A DNA stretch of 64,000 nt from Vitrella brassicaformis CCMP3155 (Eukaryota; Protista; Chromerida), in the NCBI GenBank assembly GCA_001179505.1, contig CDMY01000531.1:62001-126000 (forward strand). The letters run 5' to 3'. The stretch's first letter is position 1, and each line of letters starts with the position of its first letter. The notes beneath the pieces were generated by a model. That model ran no database searches, was not told where the DNA came from, and worked only from the letters and a program-made list of their open reading frames with translations. The position numbers and the translations under genes were made by a program. Shown here in pieces: positions 36,101 through 45,836 of the stretch.

Positions 36101-36557
36101 CGAAGGAAGATGATCCAAATCCAATCGATAAGAAGCATGTCTGCTCTGCCTACTCTCCGATGCCCTCTTGGCTTCATCGCGGCAAGAGGCCACCTCCAAG
36201 CGAAGAGCCTGGTCTGTCTTGCGGACGGTGTCAGCCAGCCCCGCGATTTTCTCCTCGTCAACCGTCTTGGACATGGCGTCCTCCACCTGCATACAAGTGG
36301 TGCAGCAGAGAAGATGTATGTCTGGGGCAACGGGTGTCATTATGTGTCTCTCTGTGGACGCATACCTCCTTGACCCGATTGGTCAGCTCTTCTATCTTCT
36401 GTTCCAACGGCGCGAATTTCTCCAGTAGTTGAGTCAGGATCCGCTCCAGGTTGGCAGTGGGCAGCAGGTTCTCCATCGCCTTGGCCAGGCCCTCCCGCTC
36501 CCACGATGTAAGCCCCTCCTCCCCACTCGTTCGCCTCCTCTCGTCGCTCCCACTCAT
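33154..36557 (-). CDS. Large multi-exon coiled-coil protein with a Pro/Ser-rich disordered C-terminus
   Basis: ATG at 36557 (MSGSDERRR..LERILTQLLEKFAPLEQKIEELTNRVKE). More than 10 heptad-rich exons flanked by GT-AG. 3' end approximate. Confidence 0.7.
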
Positions 36558-36792
36558 CGCAGCGACAGTCAACCCCGCTCACCTGAAGGCACCAAGGGCC
36601 AGGCAGCCAGGCACAGCAGGCAGTACATCGAACATGCCTCTCTCAGGAGCTGCTCATTTGCAATCAAGCGCCTTACGTTGAATGGGAGACTCGTCACCTC
36701 TGACTCAACTCAGAGTCAATTGCAATGGGCGACATCGAGAGAAGGCCAAACGGGACATCCAGGCCTCCCACCGGAGAAAAAGAGGGAGAAAT

Positions 36793-36818
36793 GCGATCGG
36801 TTCGCAGACTAAGCTCGC
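36793..36818 (+). promoter_or_regulatory. Candidate promoter motif GCGATCGG-N10-AAGCTCGC
   Basis: 32 bp upstream of the ATG at 36851. Confidence 0.4.
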
Positions 36819-36850
36819 GAGGGCTAGAGTTTACGAGCGGCGAGAAGGAA

Positions 36851-39800
36851 ATGAAGGCGCTCCTGGGTGTTGCAACTGTGGTTGCAGCCGTGCTGGGAGG
36901 CTGCCAGGCCCGTCAGCCCAGCAGCGAACTCACCACGCCAGTGCAGAAGGTCATCCAGATGTTGGCAGATCTACAGACGAAGGTGGAGTCTGAGGGCGAG
37001 GACGAGGCCGCCATCTACGACAAATTCGCCTGTGCGTGCCGGGACACACTCGATGATAAACAACACGCCATCACACAAAACCAGTAAGCACACGGGAGGC
37101 CTGGGAGGCCTGCGCACATCCCACTCGACTTGCTTTGTTCCCCTCGTGTGTGTGAACAAGCAGGGGGAGCTCGAGGGCGACATCAGCAGCTGTGTGTCCG
37201 CTCGGGATGCGGCCGACTCGTCAGCCGAGTCGGCCGACACATCCCTCATTCAGAAGGAGGCCCGAGTGGATGAGCTGCGAGAGAATAACACAGAGAGGAA
37301 GGAACAGTTCAAACGGGACCATGACGGTACGTTCGCCAGTGAATCGCCACCAGCCCAGAACGGGAAAGGACCATAGTTTGTGTCAGATTTGGTGTCGGCC
37401 ATCGAGCAATCGGAGACCGCCGTCCAGCTCATCAAAGCGTCAAGGCCGGAGGAGGCATTGGTCGCCATCAGGTTGGTACAGCGGATACAGACGGGGATGA
37501 GCCTGCCTGTCTCATCCCATCTTTTCAGGTCTTTGCGGTCAGGAGAATCCAATGCGGCCAAGGAGATGCCCGACATTCCATCTGCAGAAGTACAATACAA
37601 TCCTGGCAGAGGCAGCTCGGCATCCATCCACACTGTGTTCGTGTGCAGGGGTCTGCCTATGACTTCCATTCGCATGGCGTCATCAGCACGCTCGAGACCC
37701 TTGCAGACGACTTCAGGACGGAGAAGCATGACATCGAGACTGCAGAGCTCGCCGCAAATCACGAATTCGAGGCCGCAGAATTGGTACCACAGCAGAGATG
37801 CCTTCGTGTGGGTCGATTGCGACCGCTGTTACCCTGTGTATATCTCAGGGCCTCAAAGCAGAAATCGCCAACCTTAAGAAGGCCTTAGAAGACTACCGAG
37901 GGGCCAGGTACACCTCTACATATGGGCTAGAAAGAGAACGGTTGAAGTCTGATCTCTCCACAGCGCTGCCAAGACGAGTGAAATTGCGGAGAAGCAGAGG
38001 GAGCTGGGGAGGACCGTCGCTGCCATCAATGAAGGTACGTACGCACCGTTGCTATACCAGCACAAGCTTTCCTGCTTTGTCTGTAGACATGGGTGTCGTC
38101 AAAGATCTGATGTCGTCCTGCAAGGAGCAGGAGGATGCCTGGACGCAACGGTCCAAGATGCGCGCTGACGAGCTGACGGCCCTGGCGCAGGCCATTGCCA
38201 TCATCGAGAGCAAAGTCAAGGACATAGAATACAGAAACAAGTGAGACATCACGCACAGTAGCAGTATCATTGAGGTATTATTGAGGCACCTCCCAGTCTA
38301 AAACGGACGCATGTATCCAGGCGTATTGCCCTGACGGCATCGAGCACACAGAGACTGAAGGAGATTGCCCGCAAGGTCGCTGTCTCCGCCTCAAATGCGA
38401 AGAAACACCAGCGCACGGTCAAGGCCGGTGAGTAGGTCGATTCACCAGAACAGCTGGCTCTTCATGCAGTGACTTAGTTGGTGTGGATTACAGCTGCCGG
38501 GGCTGTGTTACTGGAGCTGAGGGCCCATCGTGAGGCAGATGTCCGCAGCCAAATCATCGCACTACTCAAGTAAGCCACATGAAAGCGGATTCTTTCTGGT
38601 CGCCGGCATCGGGCGTCTTTCTTCTCTTCAGGAGCAGAGCGAGAGCGTTGAGGAGCACCGTGCTGACGAGCGTTGCCACCAGGATGGAGGAAGACACGCT
38701 CGCAAAGATCAAATCCCTCATTGAGGTACGCAGCAGACGGGCAAGATGCAGATTCATCCCCGAACGCTCATGTCTCCCTCCTTGTGTGTGCAGTCGATGA
38801 TAGAGCGGCTGCTCCAGGAAGAGTCTGAGGAGGCCGAGCACAAGGGCTGGTGCGACATGGAGCTGACCAAAGTCAACCAAAAGAAGCGCACCAGCACCGA
38901 GGACAAGGCGCAGTACGAGGCAGAGATGGAGCAGCTCACAGCGGCCCTGGCCAAGACGGAAGAGGAGATCGGCCAGCTCACCACACAGATACACGAAATC
39001 GACCAGCAGCTCATCCAGATGGTCAATGGAGAGAGCCCCCCATGCATCCAATGCTTCCCCCATATGTCATTACTGTGTCGCTCAGACGGCGACCCGCGCT
39101 GAAGAACAAAAGGAGAACGAAGCGTCGATTCAAGGTAAGGGCAGCACAGGGGAGGAAAGTCACATTTATACCTGTCATGTCTGTCTTCCTCCGCTTAGAC
39201 GCCAAGGAGGGTGCGGAGGCCGTCGGCGCCGCCCTCGATGTCCTGGCGCAGTTCTACTCCAACGCAGCAGCGGCCGCCCATCCACCAGCCGCCATCATAG
39301 AGACACGCGCGTCATACAGACAGGTCAGCCAACATCCACATCAAGCCACATCGTCATGGGAATTGCGTTGCATGCAGGAGCCTGACGCCCCCTTCACCGA
39401 GCCCTACAATGGCAGCCAGGGCGAGGCTACCGGCATCCTAGGCATGCTCGAGACCATCCAGACGGACTTCAAACGCACTGTGGACGAGACACGGCGGTTC
39501 GAGAGCAAGGCCGTGGCCGAACACGACAAGCTTTCCCGCGAGATGAAGGCAAAACGCACCCATACACGCAATACTTTGCAGAGCAACATCGTGGTTTACA
39601 CGTGTGTGTTTGTTGTGTGTTGGTGCAGAGCAACATGTCTTCGAAGCAGCAGGAGCTGAAGGCCAAGGGGCAGTACAAAGTAGAGAAGGGGACGGCCCTC
39701 ACCGAGGCCACGAGCAGCCGCGATGCCGCGCAAACTGCCCTCGAGCTGGTACGTGTATGGCGAGACACATACAGGAATCCCCACCACACACGCATCTGAC

Positions 39801-40056
39801 CCCCCCCCCGTCAGGCAATGGGTGAGTTGGAGAAGCTCAAGCCAGCGTGCATCGAGGCCGGCACCACATACGACGAACGAAAGGTCCATGTAGCGGAAAG
39901 GCCCGTGAGAAACATCGCAGTGTGTCTCCTTCTCAAACTCACCGTCAGGCACGTCGTGAGGAGGAGATCGACGCCCTCAAAGAGGCCCTGGAGATTTTTG
40001 AGGGCACATCCTTCTCCGGCTCGAGCTCCCCGTTCGCACGCCTCGTCCAGCGGCAG
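36851..40056 (+). CDS. Signal-peptide coiled-coil protein of the alveolate (dinoflagellate/chromerid-type) 'PVxKVIxLL..EG..E...Y.KF.CxC' family; 3' end enters the gap
   Basis: MKALLGVATVVAAVLGGCQA signal; [140 protein letters not shown]. Confidence 0.85.
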
Positions 40057-40100
40057 GTCACACACCGACACCGATACACCCCCCTGCGCAAACTCTCCTG

Positions 40101-40400
40101 NNNNNNNNNNNNNNNNNNNNNNNNNNNNNNNNNNNNNNNNNNNNNNNNNNNNNNNNNNNNNNNNNNNNNNNNNNNNNNNNNNNNNNNNNNNNNNNNNNNN
40201 NNNNNNNNNNNNNNNNNNNNNNNNNNNNNNNNNNNNNNNNNNNNNNNNNNNNNNNNNNNNNNNNNNNNNNNNNNNNNNNNNNNNNNNNNNNNNNNNNNNN
40301 NNNNNNNNNNNNNNNNNNNNNNNNNNNNNNNNNNNNNNNNNNNNNNNNNNNNNNNNNNNNNNNNNNNNNNNNNNNNNNNNNNNNNNNNNNNNNNNNNNNN
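40101..40400. other. Assembly gap (300 N)
   Basis: Run of N. Confidence 1.
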
Positions 40401-41026
40401 CCCCCCCATGTTGAGAAGAGACGATGAATGAGAGTGTCGCAGTCAGCTCGACAAAGTCAGTAGGGATTTGACTTGCCCAATGGCATCGCATTGAATCAAT
40501 GAGTGGAATGCACTTCATCGACTGTCAGCGCACAAATGGACACACTGAGCAATGAGCATTGAGCAAATGGCGGCCCGTTGTCTGGTTTGAGGGGGGGCGG
40601 GGAACTGACTGTACACAACACACGCATGAAGCACTCAGTCCCTCACTCACTGACTCAGTCACTCACAAAGTGTCTCACTCACAAAGGAAACGAGCAAGTG
40701 TATCCCTTGCCGTGCACGCGGCCACCCCACCACACTTTACCAAGACACCGATCGTCCATCGGTCTCTTGAACGAGTGCAGTGATGAGGGCGCATGAGCAG
40801 CAAGGAACACACAGAAGGCCTGCAAAGCAAAGCGTGTATTACCGACATCCACACACAGTCAGACACAGGCAGACTGTTGTCTGTCTGTCTGTCTGTCTGA
40901 CTGTCTGCCCTTCTCTGTTCTGTTCTGCCCAGCTCCTCTGCCCTGCCAGCCTCTCTACATCGACAGAGGGTGGGTCGCTGTGTAGTTAGTATCGTCACAG
41001 ACAGATAGGGTAGCTGATCAGATCAG

Positions 41027-41888
41027 TCACACTCGGTCGTCGTGGAACATCCAGGAGGTGCTCTTCGGCGACTGAGTCGATGACTGCAGCACATACCTGA
41101 CCACACCACACACACACACACACACAACAATAAGCGTGGAGGCTTTCTCAGGTGGCGACTGCGCATATGCGACCATACTTATCGTTGTCTGGGGGATGCT
41201 CCTGTACCATGAAAAGCAAACAGGCACGCAGAGACGATGTGCAAAGTGTGCGCGTGTGTGTGTGTCGGCATGGCGCGTACCTTCTTGGTACAGCTGCTGA
41301 GCATGCTCAGAATCGACAGGCACACAGCAGACACAGTCAGCGCGGGACTCCACGCTGCCAACGCGCCACACACCACACCGTGTCATACCACCGTGGGGCA
41401 CCCTGCATCAACATATCCGGTGGTACGCACCTACCTTCATAGAGTATCGACAGGCAGATGTGGCCATTGGTGTAGATGTGGGGGTGGACCGGCGGCTTCT
41501 CCACAAACATCACCTCGGGTGACTCCAACGGGTACTTGTCAGGAAACCGAAACCGCAGCTTGAACACCTCTCCTGCACACACATAGAAGCAAGCCGAACG
41601 ATGCGCGCATCGAAAGCAAGCATACGGAAGCTGAGTTGTTTTGGTGTGGCGTACCCTCGTAGAGTGTGCTCTCGGCTCCCTCGATGGTGACCGTCCATAT
41701 CCTCTGCTGCGCGTGGGAGGTGGTGTCGTTGTCCAGCTTCACGTGAGGCACTGTCCCCCCTCTCAGCGCCTCAAACTCCTTCTCAATGCTGCACCCAACA
41801 CACACACACACCGAGGCAAGAGTGTAGATCTCATTGCGAGTGGGTGCTGGCAGTGTTTTGCTTCCCCTGACCGTTTCTGGAACTTCAT
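41027..41888 (-). CDS. UBE2W: Ubiquitin-conjugating enzyme E2 W
   Basis: MKFQKRIEKEFEAL; WTVTIEGAESTLYEGEVFKLRFRFPDKYPLESPEVMF; PPVHPHIYTNGHICLSIL (UBE2W-type loop with catalytic Cys); WSPALTVSAVCLSILSMLSSC; C-terminal SPKSTSWMFHDD typical of UBE2W. Confidence 0.93.
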
Positions 41889-42373
41889 CCTTCGCTCCCA
41901 CCTCCCTCCGCACAGCGGCGCACACGTCAACGACAGATCAATCACTTGCGATTTCAGCCAGCGCACAACACACCACCTCAGACCCGCTGTCACCCCCAGC
42001 GTGTCGTCATCGCTCCTCTCCACCGCAACCGAGTGGATTGCCCACGTTTTTTGAGCTCGCAAATTGGTCGTGCGCCTTTCTTTTCTGAAGCTTTCTCCGT
42101 CACGCGCCGTCGCTCTCACCTCTCCCAGTATCACCGCCACCACAGCAGAGGACCTTTTGAGCCACTTTCCCACTTCTGCATGGCGGCAGGGCCGGCAGGC
42201 GCACCGACAGGGATGCCGCTGCTGTAAGCGGAGCCTCCTGCGTAAGGCTGCCTCACTGCTTCGCTGCTGACTGTCTGAGAGCCGGTCGTTTGTCTTTGCT
42301 TCGGAGGCCGGGGTTCGTCAGCGCGCAACGGCCTGCGGGAGTGGAGTGTTCTGTGTGCGAGTGTCTGAGTGAG

Positions 42374-44138
42374 ATGGCTCCGCGTGCTTTCTGGCCGGTG
42401 CCTCTGTCGTGCAGCACTGAGCGAGTGTACTTTTTGGGCATCGTGTCTCAGCTGACGCGCACCATCTATGGGTGGAAGCAGCCGGGCCCGGAGCCGGTCA
42501 GCTACGCCATCCTGCAGAAGCAGGTCCTCGACATGGCCATTTACCTCACTGGTACTGTCACACTCAGACACGCCATGCCACAGGACGATCGATCTGCTCT
42601 GCTGCACGCAGCATTCGTGTGGCTGCCTGTGTGTGTGTGTGTGTGTGTGGTCCGGTGCTTTTCAGATCAGTGTTACTTCAGCATCACGACTTTGTCGGCG
42701 AGCATTGTGTATCTCCAAAAATTTCTCCAGTGGCTGTACGAGCAGCAGCGGACGGCTATCGTGTCGTTCGCACCACCTGTGAGTGGGGTGACTGGTGTCA
42801 GTGCCGGCAACGGCGGCGGGGTGTCGCCAATCCACGGACAGGCACACGCACACGCACACGCGCAGCAGGGGGAGCCGGTGGGGCGGGACTACGACTGGAA
42901 GTACCTCTGGCTCACGTGCATGGACATCGCCGAAAAGGTCAGCCACACACACGCCTGAGCGCTTTGATGCGTTCGCCCATTCCGTCCGTGCGTCTGTCTG
43001 TCTGTCTGTCTGCTAGATGTGGGAGGACAACTACATCCACCCGACCTTCCTGCGCGAGTGCGCCTCCCGCATCACCCGCCGCCCCTTCGACGGCCACACC
43101 CTCCTCACCTACCAGCGGGCCATCACATACGCCCTCGACTTCAAGCTCAACATCGACCCCAACGAGTTCGAGCGGGCGCTGGCGGGGTGGACGTCCAACA
43201 TCGACGCGTCGCTGATGGTGACGTTCCCCGAGGCCAAGAGGGTGTTCCGCCCGCGGCCCACTGAGGACCCCCGTGTGCTGTTCCAGTACGAGGCCGAAAA
43301 GGCGGAGATGGCACGGGTGAGCATGGAGAGAGGAGGAGAGAGAGATGGGAGGGGCGGAAGGTTTTTGTGGTTGGTTTGTTCAGACCAAGATGGCCAACGA
43401 CATGCAGAGCAAGATGCTCGTGACCTACATCCCCGGCGTGGTCACCCCCAAATCACACGTAAGCAAATGACAGACAACCACATGCCCACAGACAACCACA
43501 CACACCGGGCTCAAAGTTGGCGCTTGTGTGCCCATCCGGATATCGATCAGATGTCGCGCGTGCCGCCGATCGTCCCGAGTCTGCCGGTGACACTGCTGCC
43601 GTCGCCCAAGTCGTGTTCCCCCATCTCCCCCCACCCCTCCCTCTCCACCAGCAGCGGCTCGCCATCCGGCTACCCCTCATCCACAGGCAGCTCCCCGCCC
43701 AGCCACTACCCCGCCCCAGCACCAGCACCAGCACCCACCCCCCACACACATCAACATCACGCCCACTCACACGGACACCCCCACCCTCCCCCACACCCTG
43801 CACCCCACGCAGCGTTCCCCCACTTCCACCACCCGTCGCCAACCTCATGGATGGCCCCCCACACGGCCACGGCAGTGCCTGCTGTCATGTCTGCACCCCC
43901 ACTCAGTGTCAGCAAACGGGCGGAGCAGTACCGGGCCGCGTCGACGACATTCGCGCCGCATTTCCACCAGCACCCCCATGGCCACTGGGTGGGTGTGGGC
44001 GGGGGGATGGGTGGGGGGAGTTCGCCGCACAGCATGACGGACGGTGCTGGTGGTGGGAACCGGCCGGTGCGGCTGCCGGCCAACAGTGTGGTGGAGGGTG
44101 GGGCCAAGGGGTACTATCCCAAACACAGGGAGCAGTAG
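42374..44138 (+). CDS. Cyclin-fold protein (PHO80/cyclin-P/Y-like) with a Pro/His-rich C-terminal tail
   Basis: FSITTLSASIVYLQKFL and WKYLWLTCMDIAEKMWEDNY resemble the cyclin-box helices (..NW+RL.LT.L..ASK.WDD); LLTYQRAITYALDFKLNID resembles LN.LE..FL..LDF.L.V. Confidence 0.7.
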
Positions 44139-44776
44139 CCTCTGGGTGGGTAGGTGGGTAGGTAGAGAGGCGTGCGGTGCCGTGTGTGTAGATGCCCGCT
44201 AAGGAAGGATGAAAGAGAAAGCAAGAGAGGGAATTCGCTGCCTGATGCATGGATAGATGGATGGATGGACTGACGGACGGGCAGTTCTGTGTGCGTGTGT
44301 CAGACAGGGTGGGGGACATTGGCGCAGGGTGGGGGGAGGGGCCGACTCTTCTGTCTATCTACCTTATCTTATATAATGTACTGATTTGTCACCTGCTGTC
44401 CGACTGACTCACTGTCTGAGCGAGCGGACCGGACGAGTGCTGGTGCTGATGCTGATGCGTGAGTGTGGTGCTTGTTTGCCGTGAATGAATGAGAAATGAA
44501 TTGACGTGTGACCATGCTCGAGTGAGCGAGAGAGAGGGGGGAAGGGGAGGGAGGGGTAGGGGGAGGGGGCCGGAGAGAGAGAGAGAGGGAGACGCCCTTA
44601 GTAGTCTCCTGCTTCCTTATGTGCCGGCATACCTCCCTGCATACGAACGAACACACACACGCACCCGTGATAACGTGATAACCTTAACCTGTCTGCCTGA
44701 TGTGACCTGCCTGCCGACCGACCTACGACGACCTGCCGCCTATATTATATAGCCATGCGTCTCTCTGTGTGTGTGT

Positions 44777-45076
44777 NNNNNNNNNNNNNNNNNNNNNNNN
44801 NNNNNNNNNNNNNNNNNNNNNNNNNNNNNNNNNNNNNNNNNNNNNNNNNNNNNNNNNNNNNNNNNNNNNNNNNNNNNNNNNNNNNNNNNNNNNNNNNNNN
44901 NNNNNNNNNNNNNNNNNNNNNNNNNNNNNNNNNNNNNNNNNNNNNNNNNNNNNNNNNNNNNNNNNNNNNNNNNNNNNNNNNNNNNNNNNNNNNNNNNNNN
45001 NNNNNNNNNNNNNNNNNNNNNNNNNNNNNNNNNNNNNNNNNNNNNNNNNNNNNNNNNNNNNNNNNNNNNNNNNNNN
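44777..45076. other. Assembly gap (300 N)
   Basis: Run of N. Confidence 1.
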
Positions 45077-45087
45077 TGCTTGTCGCT

Positions 45088-45133
45088 GCTGTGTGCTGTG
45101 TGCTGTGTGCTGTGTGCTGTGTGCTGTGTGCTG
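45088..45133. repeat. Heptamer tandem repeat (GCTGTGT)n, about 6.5 copies, next to the gap
   Basis: Direct reading of the sequence. Confidence 0.9.
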
Positions 45134-45729
45134 CCTGGCGGACGGATTAGAAGGAAGAAAGACAAGACGCGAGGATGGGTGTTTTTGTTTGTTCGTTGGT
45201 TCGTTCGGTGCGTGTGTGTGTCCGCGGGGTGGCATGAGAGAGAGGGTGCATTGTGTGTGTGTGTGTGTGTGCGTGTGTGTGTGTGTGTGTTTGTGTGTGT
45301 TTAGTCGTAGTCAGTGTCATACATACCATTATACCATTGCCATACACACTTGCCTGACTGCCTGCCTGAGTCTGTCTGTGCGTGTTTGCGTGTTCTGTGT
45401 GTGGAGCGGGGTCTGCGTATGAGTACACCTTTTCTGTTGACATTAACGATTCCACTGGTCAGTCAGCACATGCCGACCACCCATCCCTCCGCCCGTCACT
45501 CTTCTGCCTGTGTCTCTCCGCCTGCGTGTCGTGTGTCTTTAACTAAGTAACTAACGAGTACGCCGATCGATCCGACCAGAGGGGCGGGGGGGTGCTTGTT
45601 TTGCCTGATGCTGTTTATTCTATAATCGCTAAGCCATAACAAGCCACGCACACAGACAGACAGACGGTGTATGTCAAGTCGGTGTTTGATTTCGAAAAAC
45701 GGGGGATTCTTGTACCCACAGCTCATCGA

Positions 45730-45836
45730 TGAGGTTGGCGTGTGTTGAGTACGTCCGTCAGCGCCGCTACGGCGGCGGTTGGCATGCGCGCGGCCGTAGC
45801 AGCGCTGATGGAGGGGCGCAGCACACGCCAGCTTCG
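45730..45836 (+). ncRNA. Candidate structured RNA: 107-nt pre-miRNA-like hairpin
   Basis: Position i pairs with 91566-i from 45730 to 45777: 37 Watson-Crick + 6 G-U pairs, 5 symmetric mismatches, no bulges, 11-nt loop. The G-U pairs work only on the plus strand. Expression is not shown. Confidence 0.55.

Noticed and set aside
39811-40518. ORFs spanning the N runs (also 44723-45422)
   Set aside because: Artefacts of translating assembly gaps.
41889-42173. N-terminal extension of UBE2W as a plastid-targeting bipartite leader
   Set aside because: The ORF-track 'M' at 42173 is GTG, and there is no in-frame ATG upstream of MKFQKR (41888).
45730-45751. 5' arm begins UGAGGU like let-7
   Set aside because: Only 6 nt shared and the let-7 seed (GAGGUAG) is not matched; coincidental.
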